The position numbers and the translations under genes were made by a program. Positions 51,047-61,673 of a stretch of 64,000 nucleotides of DNA are shown one piece after another. The notes beneath the pieces were generated by a model. The model was not told the DNA's origin. It saw nothing but the letters and a program-made list of their open reading frames with translations, and made no database searches. The stretch comes from Acidobacteriota bacterium (lineage in GTDB: Bacteria > Acidobacteriota > UBA890 > WLXD01): the NCBI GenBank assembly GCA_965205505.1, contig CBDBHB010000005.1:1-64000 (forward strand), in the 5' to 3' direction. The first letter of the stretch is position 1, and each line of letters begins with the position of its first letter.

Positions 51047-51900
51047 GCAGACCGAATGCTGTTTGGAGCACCTTGCTAGCCCAACTCGGGAAGGAGCCCC
51101 GAGTAGCCTGGGTCGGCCTGTTCGGGGTCACGCTCGGAGCAGTCTGCGCGCTCTTCGGGCTGGCGCGCGGTTTCGCCGTGCCCCCCGAGGGGAATCTCTG
51201 GGAGACCGCCATCTTCAACGGATCTGTAGGCGTCTTCCTCTTGACTCAGGCGTTGCTCGCCCCGGAAGCCGGGTTCACAGAGAGAGGCCAACGACGGTGG
51301 GGGACAGCGTTGGTAATCGCCACGCTGTACGCGTACGGCATCGAGACAGTCCAGGCGTTCCGTGGCCTGGATCCGCGGCTTTCAGCGGTGGCTGGAGTAC
51401 CCGATCAGATCCTGGGCGGCGTGTTCTTCCTCGACGCCGTCGGCATCATGGCGCTCTTTCTCGTGCTCGCCTGGAGGTTCTTCAGAGTCGAGATCACTGC
51501 CTTCCGTCTTGCCGTTCGGTACGCCGCTGTCGCTTGTTTGATGTCGTTTGGAATAGGAATCTGGATGAGCATCTTCGAGGGCCGAATGGTCGGCGTCGAA
51601 GGCAACTTGCTTCCAATCCATGCAGCCGGCTTTCACGGGCTCCAGGCGATCCCGTTGGTAGCACTTCTGCTGGTGTGGGGCGGAGCACCGGACAACATCA
51701 CGAAGCGCTGGGTCCACGTCGCCGGAATCGCCTGGTGGGGTTTCTGTGGCGCCATACTCTGGCAGGCAGCTGTCGGTTGGGGGCCGTCGGAGGGTTCGCC
51801 AGCCATGATGGCCACCTGGGTCTTCTTCAGCGGGTGGGCTTTGGCGGCCCTCGTAGCACTCCGGGCGTGGTCTCAACCAGCAACAGCCTGTAGGGGATAG
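51043..51900 (+). CDS. Multi-pass membrane hypothetical protein
   Basis: About 7 hydrophobic segments; ETVQAFRGLDPR and HAAGFHGLQAIP. Confidence 0.7.
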   Translation: MSRPNAVWSTLLAQLGKEPRVAWVGLFGVTLGAVCALFGLARGFAVPPEGNLWETAIFNGSVGVFLLTQALLAPEAGFTERGQRRWGTALVIATLYAYGIETVQAFRGLDPRLSAVAGVPDQILGGVFFLDAVGIMALFLVLAWRFFRVEITAFRLAVRYAAVACLMSFGIGIWMSIFEGRMVGVEGNLLPIHAAGFHGLQAIPLVALLLVWGGAPDNITKRWVHVAGIAWWGFCGAILWQAAVGWGPSEGSPAMMATWVFFSGWALAALVALRAWSQPATACRG

Positions 51901-52087
51901 GAAACTCCACCTCGAGCAACATCTGGACACTGCGCCCATCGAGGGATGGGGAATGCCCGAGGAATGGCAGGCATCTCTTCGTCAGCTCTGGCATCGCTAC
52001 TAGCATCATTCCCGTGAGGTTTCTGGTACCGCCCGAGATCTCCGTGATCAGCCTCCGATCCGGCGGCGCGTAGAGCTTCGCTAGCTA

Positions 52088-53008
52088 ATGAAGACCATTC
52101 CACTTCGAGCAGCAGCGATCGCGTCTTTGGTCCTCGTCAGCTGGATGGGCCAAGGAGCTCTCGGGGTAGGTGCTCAATACGAGGCGACCGTCGGCGTTGT
52201 CGTATCGAAAGATGGGGCTTATTACCTGGCGCTCGACGCGTCGGAAGCGCCTCCGGGTGCTGAGATCACTTTCGTTCGTACCGCGACGCCTCAGTGGACG
52301 AGCGAATTCCGTCTGCTCGGGCGGGCTGCCAACGCGCCGGGCGATGAGCTTCCCTTGGTGATGATCGGGAATCGCAGCCTGTCGCTATTCGAGCTCGAGC
52401 CGCTTTCAGATTTGCCGGCCGGCCCACTGCTCGGAATTGGCGTGCTCGGGCTCGCCGAGCGTTTCAGCGTAGCGGGCGCCGTCGTGGTCGCAGAGTTGGA
52501 TGAGGATGGTCGGCCGGAGTATTTCCACGAATGCACCAGCGGGGAGGGGGTTCACCTTATTCTGAGATCTGGCGACAGGCTAACCGGTCAAAGGCGTTGG
52601 CAGGCCTACTACTACCTTGGTTACAACGTGGAGCCCACGTGCACGGCAAGAGAGCTCTTGGCGGCCCGACCACCTGACATCGGTGCTGGGGTGCGATTCC
52701 AAGCCGAGGAGCTCGGCCCAGGTTGGCACCGTGGTTTCTTCAACCAGACCCGTACGGTTCCCCCCTGCTACATACTAATGACCTTCGAACCGCGCTCGTC
52801 GGCAGACGAGCCACTTCGCGTGAAACAAACCCTCCCAATCACGCGGGTCGAACGCCTCCAGGTGACCGATGCTCCTGGCACATCCATGCAAGAGTGGGAC
52901 GCCCTCGTCACGCCCGAAGTACCAGAGAACTCATGGCACGACATCCAGCTGGCTCCACTTCGCCCGGTCAAAGGCCAGTGCCAGTTCGATGAGAAGCTCG
53001 GCCGGTAG
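52088..53008 (+). CDS. Secreted hypothetical protein
   Basis: Signal peptide; LDEDGRPEYFHECTSGEGVH...YYYLGYNVEPTC. Confidence 0.6.
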   Translation: MKTIPLRAAAIASLVLVSWMGQGALGVGAQYEATVGVVVSKDGAYYLALDASEAPPGAEITFVRTATPQWTSEFRLLGRAANAPGDELPLVMIGNRSLSLFELEPLSDLPAGPLLGIGVLGLAERFSVAGAVVVAELDEDGRPEYFHECTSGEGVHLILRSGDRLTGQRRWQAYYYLGYNVEPTCTARELLAARPPDIGAGVRFQAEELGPGWHRGFFNQTRTVPPCYILMTFEPRSSADEPLRVKQTLPITRVERLQVTDAPGTSMQEWDALVTPEVPENSWHDIQLAPLRPVKGQCQFDEKLGR

Positions 53009-53071
53009 CGCGATCGAGAGCGCCACCTTCTCCTCGGACGGATTGTCCCTCACGCAACGTACAGAACCGGC

Positions 53072-53527
53072 ATGAAGCGACTCGTCACGATACTCGCAGG
53101 CCTTCTTACGCTTGGCGGTGCATCGGGGAGCGAGCGCTTGCTCCATGAGCTCCAGCCGATCGAGTGGCAGTCCATCGTTTGTGGATGTAGCTTCAACGAG
53201 TCGATTGCAGATGCGACAGAGGGCTCCTACGGCTCCGGCCCCGAGATCCTTGTCTTGGATCCGAACGGCGATCCACCCAACGCCCGCGTGAACCTCGGCG
53301 CGGGTAACGTGCGTTTGCGACCGAAGACGCCCTTGGAGCCTCCTCTCTATAGTTGCCAGGCTGGAAACATCTGGTCGTCCAGCTGGCAATCCGAGCAGGT
53401 CACGCTGCAAGTGGAGCTCGTGGCTACCAGTCCCGGTGCGGAGGCCTGTTGGTTCAGCGGAACGGTCGCGGCCACTGCAGGCGCCTCCGAGTCACCTGTA
53501 GCCATCAGGGGAGGCTGCGGTTGCTAG
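53072..53527 (+). CDS. Small secreted Cys-rich hypothetical protein
   Basis: MKRLV signal peptide; CGC, EACW, C-terminal GGCGC. Confidence 0.6.
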   Translation: MKRLVTILAGLLTLGGASGSERLLHELQPIEWQSIVCGCSFNESIADATEGSYGSGPEILVLDPNGDPPNARVNLGAGNVRLRPKTPLEPPLYSCQAGNIWSSSWQSEQVTLQVELVATSPGAEACWFSGTVAATAGASESPVAIRGGCGC

Positions 53528-53645
53528 CGAGCAGGCCGCCTCGCCATTGGTGCGGCTGGGGGATAGCCGTCCCGAGCCGAGCCCACGTCGATGGACCCTG
53601 GCGACCACGGTCGGAGCGACGTTACCGTGGGCCCGATCCGGCGAA

Positions 53646-54107
53646 ATGCATCGAGTGAGACCCTACGCGCTTGTCCTCGGCATCCTCGCTCTCGCATTCC
53701 TCGGCCGGGTGCTCGGGCAGGCTCTCGTGGGGCTTTGGAGCCCGGCGTTCCTTCCCCCCATGGAGGAGTGGTACTCGGGCCTCCTACCCTATCCGATTCT
53801 GCTGCCCGCGCAGATCGTGATTCTCGCGGCTCAGCTAGAGGTATCTCGCCAGCTGTGGGCAGGCTCGGGGCCTCTCGTGCGCCAGCACACGCGACTCGGC
53901 TCGAGCTTGAAGTGGTTTGCCCTGGTCTACTTCGTCGCCATGGTCGCCCGTTATGTGATCGTCATGGCCGTGTTTCCGGAACGCCGCTGGTTCGGAGGCA
54001 CAATCCCCATCTTTTTCCACTGGGTGCTAGCCGCCTACGTCTACGTTCTATCCCGCTTTCATCGAGGCCTTCCTCTGGGCCGACGCGTTGGCAGCTCGAG
54101 CGCATGA
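53646..54107 (+). CDS. Membrane hypothetical protein
   Basis: FLGRVLGQ, LPPMEEWYSGLLPYP, GTIPIFFHWVLA; about 4 TM segments. Confidence 0.65.
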   Translation: MHRVRPYALVLGILALAFLGRVLGQALVGLWSPAFLPPMEEWYSGLLPYPILLPAQIVILAAQLEVSRQLWAGSGPLVRQHTRLGSSLKWFALVYFVAMVARYVIVMAVFPERRWFGGTIPIFFHWVLAAYVYVLSRFHRGLPLGRRVGSSSA

Positions 54108-54129
54108 CGGGTGGCCGACGCTCTCAGCC

Positions 54130-54666
54130 ATGATGTCTCACGACCGCCGGAGGATCGTGTTCAAGCGACTCGGCGAAGTAGCGCCGGAAGCCATCATCGA
54201 ATTGATGAACAACCCCATTGTACGGCGCCACCTGCCGCTGGCACGGGGTCACTTCGGCCCAGCCGAGTGTGAGAAGTTCGTCGCGGCCAAAGAGCGCATG
54301 TGGGACAAGAACGGATATGGCCCCTGGGGATTCTTCGTCGATGACGAATTCGCCGGGTGGGGTAGGCTACAGCCGGAAGGTGGCGAGGCAGACGTCGGCC
54401 TGGTATTGCACCCGAACCACTGGGGAACGGGGCCGGACCTCTACGAGCGGATCATTCGCTACGCCTTCGACGAGCTCCGGCTCGGTTCCGTCACCGCTCT
54501 CCTGCCTCCGAGCAGGAAGCACGTGGCCGGGATACAGCGTCTGGGCTTCCGCCGGGACGGTGAGATCGTTCTCGAAGGCGAGCGTTTCATCCGCTACCGC
54601 CTTTCCGCCCACATGGCCGCAGGGAGAGCCGATCGGGGCCAGCAGGGTGCCGAAGAACTCCGCTAA
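54130..54666 (+). CDS. GNAT (RimJ/RimL-like) N-acetyltransferase
   Basis: GYGPW, FAGWG, VGLVLHP-x2-WG-x-G, LGF. Confidence 0.75.
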   Translation: MMSHDRRRIVFKRLGEVAPEAIIELMNNPIVRRHLPLARGHFGPAECEKFVAAKERMWDKNGYGPWGFFVDDEFAGWGRLQPEGGEADVGLVLHPNHWGTGPDLYERIIRYAFDELRLGSVTALLPPSRKHVAGIQRLGFRRDGEIVLEGERFIRYRLSAHMAAGRADRGQQGAEELR

Positions 54667-54680
54667 AGCTCTCCCCCGAG

Positions 54681-55229
54681 CTACTTGCTAATCTGCAGGT
54701 CCCAGCCGTCGGGATCCAGCACGTGATAGCTATCGTAGCCGGGGTCGGGCCCACCTTGGTCCCGCCGCGGATTCAGATCGCGCGCCTCTAGCTCTTCCCT
54801 CACTGCGTCGGTATCGAAGTCATCGATCCGCCAGGCGATGTGGTTGATGACGCCGGTTACCGGTTGACGGCCTGGCTCATTCGAAGGCTGGTTCATTGGC
54901 CGACGGTTGTTGCGAACGATGATCTCGCCCACGCCGCCAATGCGCAGCGTGGCCTGACTCTCGCCGTTGTCGCTCTGCACCTCCCAGCCCATCAGGTCGG
55001 CGTAGAAGTCGCGGCTCCTCCCATAGTCGGCAACGGCGTACGAGATATGGTCCAGGCTGACCGTGTGAAAAGGTGCAGCCTGGGTCGCCGGCATCGCTGC
55101 CTGAGCAGGGCTGACAGAGCGGAGAGCATGCGCCCCGGTCGCAGCGATCGCCAGACTGCGGATAAGTTGACGCCGGCTCATTCTCCCCTGCTCGAATTCC
55201 TGTAGTAGCTTGGCAATGGTGCTTTCCAT
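54681..55229 (-). CDS. VOC family protein with Tat-like leader
   Basis: SRRQLI, LDHISY, INHIAW, DPDGWDLQIS; RBS GGAGG. Confidence 0.8.
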   Translation of the reverse strand: MESTIAKLLQEFEQGRMSRRQLIRSLAIAATGAHALRSVSPAQAAMPATQAAPFHTVSLDHISYAVADYGRSRDFYADLMGWEVQSDNGESQATLRIGGVGEIIVRNNRRPMNQPSNEPGRQPVTGVINHIAWRIDDFDTDAVREELEARDLNPRRDQGGPDPGYDSYHVLDPDGWDLQISK

Positions 55230-55314
55230 GTTGAGTCTTCCCTCCCGGCATGTTGGTTCATGGCTGACTGGCCGTGATCTGGCCCAGACAAACTACCGCG
55301 GACTCGGTGATCCC

Positions 55315-55665
55315 ATGCCAATCTCGCTGAAACGAGCCTACGAGGCACCGTCAAGCTCGGATGGGTGCCGCATTCTCGTCGAGCGCCTGTGGCCCCGCGG
55401 CCTATCGAAGCAGGACGCGAAGATCGATCTGTGGACCAAGGACGCTGCTCCCTCCGCCGACCTACGCGGCTGGTTCAACCACGATCCGGACAAGTGGGCA
55501 GAGTTCAAGCAGCGCTACTTCAAGGAGCTGGAAGCTCGGGAGGCGCCGCTTGACGCCATCCTCGAGCGTTTGCACGCGGGCTCGGTCACGTTCGTCTTCG
55601 CCTCGCGGGAATCGCGATTCAACAACGCAGTTGCTCTCAAAGAATACGTGGAGCGTAGTCTCTGA
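55315..55665 (+). CDS. DUF488 (YeaO-like) protein
   Basis: KRAYE, DGCRILVERLWPRG, APSADLRGWF-x-H, NNAVALK. Confidence 0.85.
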   Translation: MPISLKRAYEAPSSSDGCRILVERLWPRGLSKQDAKIDLWTKDAAPSADLRGWFNHDPDKWAEFKQRYFKELEAREAPLDAILERLHAGSVTFVFASRESRFNNAVALKEYVERSL

Positions 55666-55829
55666 GACTCTCGCACCGGCGGCTGGATCAGGGTATCGGC
55701 TGCATGTTGCAAGCCCCTTGCGGGGGGAGCTGTGAAAGGCGACGATCCAGCCTGCTGCGTCGCGTCAACACCACGCTGATCACGAGCTCCACACCGATCA
55801 CTCGAACCTGAACAATCCGGAGAAGCATC

Positions 55830-57086
55830 ATGCGAGCGAAGCTATCCGTCCTGGCAACCGGTCTCTTGTTGGTAGCGGGTGCGAGCGTCGCCAGCCCGGT
55901 GCAGGACCAGAGCCCCGAGGCAGATAGCGACCCGATCCGGATCCTCGTTGGCCGGCTCGACCTGGCACAGTACAAGGCCACCCTCCAAGGTCTGACGAAG
56001 TTCGGCGATAGGCGCCAGGGTACGCAGCGCAACCGCAGCGCGGTCGATTGGATCGAAGCGCAGCTACGCTCGTACGGGTGCACGAACACCGAGCGCATCG
56101 CGTACATGTTTCCGCCGGAGAGCGCACCAGAGCGACGCCGCGGACGCCGACCGCGACGCGACGAGGAAGCCAGCCTCGAGACGTCGACAGGTGGTCTGGT
56201 GGGGCGGAACGGGTCCGGCCCCGGCGGCAGCTCGATCTTCGGTTACCGCGGCAGGACCGGCGTGACTAACGACCCGACAGCACAGCCCGACGAGGCGCTG
56301 CGGGAGCTCAACAGCGAGCCGGCCACCGATGGCGAGCGTCAGGAGGTCTACTGCACGAAGATCGGCGCTTCGCACCCGGAGGAGATGTACATCATCGGGG
56401 CGCATATGGACGGGCACGGCTGGGGCGAGGCCGCCAACGACGACGGCTCTGGGACCGCCATCGTCATGGAGCTGGCCCGCATCTTCAACGCGCCCGACGT
56501 GCAGACCGAGCGCTCGATCCGTTTCGCTCTGTGGAACAACGAGGAGACCGGCCTCAACGGTAGCCGTGCCTACGTGGAGCAACGCCAGTCGCTGCAGGGA
56601 CAGGAGGATCCACCCGCCTCCGGCCGCTACCCGGAGCCGCGATGGCTGGGGATGATCCAGCACGACATGATGCTGTTTGATCACGGTGCACCACGCGCCG
56701 ACGGCACGGTGAGTCGCGATCAGCGCCCCGAGGCCGACGTCAACATCGAGTTCCAGTCGGAATCCGTCATGGTGGCGGGGTCGCGCGAATTGGCCTGGCT
56801 GCTCAAGGCGGCCAACGACGCGTATGCGACCGACTACCCGGCGAGTGTCGGCCCACACATGACGAACACCGACTCCACCCCGTTCATGGAAGTCGTGCCC
56901 GCCGTCAGCCTGCGAGAGAACGAGCGCGGTGCGCAGATCGGGGCGGGCTGGGACCCGAACTGGCATCAGCCGACCGATCGCTTCTCGACATTCAGCGACA
57001 ACGACTTCCGCCTCGGCCTGAACGCCGCGCAGACGACGCTGGCGGGCGTTGCACAGCTCACGGGGGCGAAGATCGTCCAGCCGTAG
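55830..57086 (+). CDS. M28 family metallopeptidase, secreted
   Basis: IGAHMD, ANDDGSG, WNNEETGL, QHDMM, TDSTPF, WHQPTD. Confidence 0.85.
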   Translation: MRAKLSVLATGLLLVAGASVASPVQDQSPEADSDPIRILVGRLDLAQYKATLQGLTKFGDRRQGTQRNRSAVDWIEAQLRSYGCTNTERIAYMFPPESAPERRRGRRPRRDEEASLETSTGGLVGRNGSGPGGSSIFGYRGRTGVTNDPTAQPDEALRELNSEPATDGERQEVYCTKIGASHPEEMYIIGAHMDGHGWGEAANDDGSGTAIVMELARIFNAPDVQTERSIRFALWNNEETGLNGSRAYVEQRQSLQGQEDPPASGRYPEPRWLGMIQHDMMLFDHGAPRADGTVSRDQRPEADVNIEFQSESVMVAGSRELAWLLKAANDAYATDYPASVGPHMTNTDSTPFMEVVPAVSLRENERGAQIGAGWDPNWHQPTDRFSTFSDNDFRLGLNAAQTTLAGVAQLTGAKIVQP

Positions 57087-57176
57087 CTCCATGGCTGGGC
57101 CAACCGAGCACAGTCACTGCTCGCGTGATCGCTCGCCCATCAGGCACGCGTGCCGTCGGGATCCTTGGACAGCGCT

Positions 57177-58935
57177 CTACCGCTTGATCGCCTTGTAAAC
57201 CAACGAAAGCGTGTCGTTCACCTTCACGACCAGGTAGTCGTCGACCTCGCGTTGCACGAACGCCAGGCTGATCTCGCCTTCGTCCTTGATGCCCCAGGTG
57301 AGCGAGCCCATGAAGATCTTCTGCAGCTGGCCGGCCCAGGAGTCCTCGCCGAGACCCTCACCACCGGTGGCGCGGGCCACCCAGCGGGCAATCGGCATCA
57401 TCAATGCCGCTGCTGCCGGAGCACCACCGCCGGCCAGAAGCAATGCCAGGGTCTTGTTGGTGGCGACGTTGGGCACGCAGCGGAACTTGTGCGGCGTGTT
57501 GATGGTTATGGGATCGTCGGTGGCCTTGAACTTGTAGACCAGCCGCTGGTCCCGCTTCTCGGTGTCCTCGAGCCACTCGTCGCTGTCGACCTCCTCGATC
57601 TCGAGGATCTGCTTGCCGAGGAACCAGCAGCTCTCCTCGACGAATGTCTCCATCGTGCCACCGGCTTTGAACGCCGCCCGCGTCGATTCCGGTCCCTGCT
57701 CCAGCGCATCTTGGTAGTACTGGGACGTGAAGTTGGGCCAGAAATGCGTCGTCTTCTGCACCACGCGCACGCGACCGTCGTCGAGCGGGTAGGCGCGCAG
57801 CAGCATCTTGCCGAAGACGTTGAAGCGCTGCTGGGTGCCCTCGGTGCCTTCGTTTACGCGTATCTGACCCAGCTCCCAAGCGTCGGGCAGGCCAATCGAG
57901 ACACCGAACTCGCTGACCTCCGGCGAGTACATATCCGCTCTGGAGATATTCGACCAGCGTGATCTGCTCCATGCTGAGCTCGCCGGAGCCCGGGTGTCCG
58001 AAGTGCAGGTGGTTGGGCGGAAACGACTTGTCGCACTGGTAGGGAGGCGATTCCATCGCGTATCGCGCGTCGCCCCAGACCTCGAGGGAATACTGCGGCC
58101 ACTGCTCATCGAGCTTGTAGTCGTAAATCAGGCGCGCCCTGGGTATGGCGCCGATGAACTCCCGGATCATCGCGTTGACGTCGGTGCCGTTGTTCGAAAG
58201 CCATTTCAAGAACGGGTAGGCATCGTAGGCCCGCGCGTCGTCCCACAGCCCGACCTCCGTCGCCTTGCCAAAGTCCTTGTACAGCCCCTCGAAGCACTCG
58301 CCGTTTTGCTCCTCTGGATAGACGACGTTGGCGAGGTACTCGGCGCCGCCCTCGTCGAGCCACTTGGGCGAATGCGGGTAGTCGAGGTAGCCGTTGTAGA
58401 TCCTGCTCATCGCGTGCGCCACTTCGTGCGCCACGGTAGAGCGAATGCACGGCGCCCCCGTGAGCGTCTCCGTCGGCAGATACAACATCTCGGCCGCGAG
58501 GTCGAAGACACCGCCGACGATCGTTCTCTCGTCCTCGGCATCCTCGGAGAACATCTCCCTGACCATCCCCACCCAAAGCGGTCTCTCCGGTGTGGGGCCA
58601 ATACCATCGAAAACCGGCCGTAGCGCTGCTATGGACTCGAGCACATAACCCGGAACGTCCTCCCTGAGAGTCTCGTCCCAGGTCTCCCCTGCGCCGGGCC
58701 AGTAGAAGTACACGCTCGCCTCGCCGGACGAATCGGTGTACCCCTCTGGGCTGGCGTAGTCATTGAAGGCCGTTCGATGGTCGCGTCCGGATCGATCGGG
58801 GCGAATGAAATCGTGATCGCTCGGCGGCGGTGGGATGTCCTGCGCCAGTGCTGGTGCGGCCAGCAACACGGCGGCCGCCGCCGCCAGCGCCCACGACAAC
58901 GACTTCAGACGAGCAACGTCTCCAGACTGGATCAC
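57177..58935 (-). CDS. Secreted gluzincin-like metallopeptidase domain protein (frameshift near 57938, or two genes)
   Basis: Signal ALA-Q, AHEVAH, WLDEGGAEY; coding-like sequence continues in the ORF 57177-58109 frame. Confidence 0.6.
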
Positions 58936-59130
58936 AGCACCCCCTTACACAGCAAAGCCCCCCAGAGCCGGTATCCAGTGTGCCAGGTCGGAGGCCGTAA
59001 GGGTTGTCCAAAGGGCCGCCCGGCGACAGATCGTTTCTCCGTGGCCCAGATGCAACGTCGGATCGAGGGGCCAGGTTTGACACTCCTGGCCCCCATCTGT
59101 TGATCTATCAGAAATCCGTTGCCAAGCTAG

Positions 59131-59401
59131 CAGGCCGTGGTGAAAGTGTGGTGGGTCTGGCGACAGGGTGTTGCGAAGTGGAGGCAAGGAGAGAGGAGGA
59201 GGCGATGGTTACCCCATCGTTGACGAGGAACGACGCAGCATACGCGCGCAACCCCCTGTTGCCCGAAGGGTTACGGCGATTTGGGGCCATTTGCGGCGTT
59301 CGCCTTCCTCGACGATGGCTAGGGCATCGCCTGTGTCAGGCTGCCTTGCATCTGGCCCCAACTCGCCGTAACCAGACCCACCACACTTTCACCACGGCCT
59401 G
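59131..59401. mobile_element. MITE copy B (271 bp, perfect 30-bp TIRs), inverted relative to copy A
   Basis: CAGGCCGTGGTGAAAGTGTGGTGGGTCTGG ... exact reverse complement; flanks CTAG and CTAA. Confidence 0.88.
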
Positions 59402-59408
59402 CTAACAA

Positions 59409-60932
59409 ATGATCTCGAGACGCTCTTTCCTGCGAACCGGCGGCGCCCTGGTCGCCCTCGGTTCGCCCGCCGCGTGCGGGCCATCGGAACCGACCCCCGA
59501 GGACTCGGTCGCATCGGTTGCGGGCGGCTCTGAGGGGGTGATGGTCAACGACATCCACTCCCAGCTCAACGCGACGACCGTGCGGCGCATCGCCGAGCCC
59601 GACTCGGTGGGCGCGCTGCAAGCGGCGGTGCGCGAGGCTCGATCCGAAGGGGCGGCGGTGAGCATCGCCGGTGGGCGGCACGCGATGGGCGGGCAGCAGT
59701 TCGGCACCGATACGGTGCTCCTCGATACCACCGGGCTGAATCACGTACTGGATTTCGACGTCGACAGCGGCATCGTCGAGGTCGAGGCTGGGATCCAGTG
59801 GCCACAGCTGATCGCGTACCTCTCCGGGGCGCAAGCTGAGTCACCGCGACTGTGGGCCATCGTCCAGAAGCAGACCGGCGCCGACCGTCTCAGCATCGGC
59901 GGCGCACTGGCCGCCAACGTGCACGGGCGCGGGCTGGTGCACCGTCCGATCGTCCAGGACGTTGAGTCGTTCGTGCTAATCGACGCCGATGGCGAGACGC
60001 AACTTTGTTCGAGGGACGAGAACACCGAGCTGTTTCGCCTGGCAATCGGTGGCTACGGCTGCTTCGGCGCCATCGCATCGGTGCGGTTGCGGCTCGGCGT
60101 CCGGAGAAAGCTCGAGCGCATCGTCGAGATTGTCGAAGTCGCCGACGTGATGCTGTTGTTCGAGGAGCGTATTGGCGATGGGTTCCTCTACGGCGACTTC
60201 CAGTTCGGCATCGCCAACAACTCCGACGATTTCCTCTCACGCGGCGTGTTCGCCTGCTACCGACCGGTCGCCGACGACGCGATGATGCCCGGCGAGCTGT
60301 CCGAGCTCTCCGGCAACGAATGGATGCGCCTGGCAGCGCTGTCACACGTCGACAAGCAGCTGGCCTTCAACTCCTACGCGCAGTACTACCTGTCCACCAC
60401 CGGCCAGCGTTACTGGTCCGATGCCCACCAGCTCAGCAACTACTACGACGACTACCACCAGGTGCTCAGCGAGCAGTTCGGCGAGACCGACAAGGCGACC
60501 GACCCGATCACCGAGATCTACGTGCCACGCGAGCGACTCACTGATTTCATGGGCGCGGCGCGCGAGGATTTCCGGCTCAACGACGTCAGCGTGATCTACG
60601 GCACGGTCCGCCTGATCGAACAGGACGACGAGAGCTTCCTGGCGTGGGCGAGGCAACCGTGGGCCTGCATCATCTTCAACATCCACACGGTGCACACCCC
60701 GGCTGGCATCGAGCACTCCAGCGCGACCTTCCGGCGCCTGATCGACCTGGCACTTGCCCGCGGCGGCAGCTACTACCTGACCTACCACCGGTACGCGTCG
60801 CGGCAACAAGTGGAGGCGGGTTATCCGCGATTCCCCGAGTTCCTGCGCCTGAAGCGACGCTACGATCCGGAAGAGCGGTTCCAGAGCGACTGGTACCGGC
60901 ACTACCGCGAGATGTTCGCCGAAGTTCTATAG
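59409..60932 (+). CDS. Tat-exported FAD-binding oxidoreductase (ALO/DprE1-like)
   Basis: SRRSFL, GGRHAMGGQQ, SIGGALAANVHGRG, AIGGYG, GGSYYLTY, YDP-x3-FQS. Confidence 0.85.
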   Translation: MISRRSFLRTGGALVALGSPAACGPSEPTPEDSVASVAGGSEGVMVNDIHSQLNATTVRRIAEPDSVGALQAAVREARSEGAAVSIAGGRHAMGGQQFGTDTVLLDTTGLNHVLDFDVDSGIVEVEAGIQWPQLIAYLSGAQAESPRLWAIVQKQTGADRLSIGGALAANVHGRGLVHRPIVQDVESFVLIDADGETQLCSRDENTELFRLAIGGYGCFGAIASVRLRLGVRRKLERIVEIVEVADVMLLFEERIGDGFLYGDFQFGIANNSDDFLSRGVFACYRPVADDAMMPGELSELSGNEWMRLAALSHVDKQLAFNSYAQYYLSTTGQRYWSDAHQLSNYYDDYHQVLSEQFGETDKATDPITEIYVPRERLTDFMGAAREDFRLNDVSVIYGTVRLIEQDDESFLAWARQPWACIIFNIHTVHTPAGIEHSSATFRRLIDLALARGGSYYLTYHRYASRQQVEAGYPRFPEFLRLKRRYDPEERFQSDWYRHYREMFAEVL

Positions 60933-61532
60933 GCGTCGCTGAAACCTCGCGGCTTCGAACGCGCGCGCTCTCTCCGGGTTGATCACCCGCCTCAACATCG
61001 GCTCGAAGAAGCTCAACGGCAGCGACTCGTAGTCGGGGTTAAACGCGGTCTGGTCGTACTTGGCGCAGAAGCGCACCGTCTGCTTGTATGCCGGATGGTC
61101 GCGGTACTGGTCGCGGACGTTGCCGTCCTGGTGCGTTCCCTTGCGGATGTGGAACAGCTGAAAGATACCGTGGTGCTTGAGCATCCAGTAGTGGTTGTCG
61201 GAGATGTAGGGACGCAGGATCTCGGCACCGACGTCGTCGTGGTTGTAGGGCGACAGCTGGTCGGCGATATCGTGCAAGAGTGCGACGACGACCGTCTCTT
61301 CGTCCTCGCCATCGTGGTGCGCGCGCGTCGCTGCCTGCAGGCTGTGCTCGTACACCGTTACCATGTCGAGTTCGGTGTACTCAGCGGTCCCTACGCTTTC
61401 CATCTGCCTGAGCAGATCGAGCAGGACCTCTGCCGGCGGCGGCCGCATCTGCTCGGAAAGCTCGTCCATCCGCCGAGCATCTGCCTCGGTCAGGTCATCG
61501 AGCTTCCTGATTCTGCGTACCGCCTCTGCCAT
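60927..61532 (-). CDS. HD-domain protein (PhnZ-like)
   Basis: EHSLQAA, ALLHDI, NHD, KHHGIFQ, YDQ-x-AF. Confidence 0.8.
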   Translation of the reverse strand: MAEAVRRIRKLDDLTEADARRMDELSEQMRPPPAEVLLDLLRQMESVGTAEYTELDMVTVYEHSLQAATRAHHDGEDEETVVVALLHDIADQLSPYNHDDVGAEILRPYISDNHYWMLKHHGIFQLFHIRKGTHQDGNVRDQYRDHPAYKQTVRFCAKYDQTAFNPDYESLPLSFFEPMLRRVINPERARAFEAARFQRRL

Positions 61533-61673
61533 GCGCTTCCCTCTCTCGATGCTGGACTGTGCGTCTGCGGAACGTCCTGGGTGGACGCCTTCTTGCCGTT
61601 CGTCTTGGCCTCGCCGTTGGACGGTAGCATGCCGTCGATCCCCACGATGGGAACCTCCCGCCATCGGCTCGGA

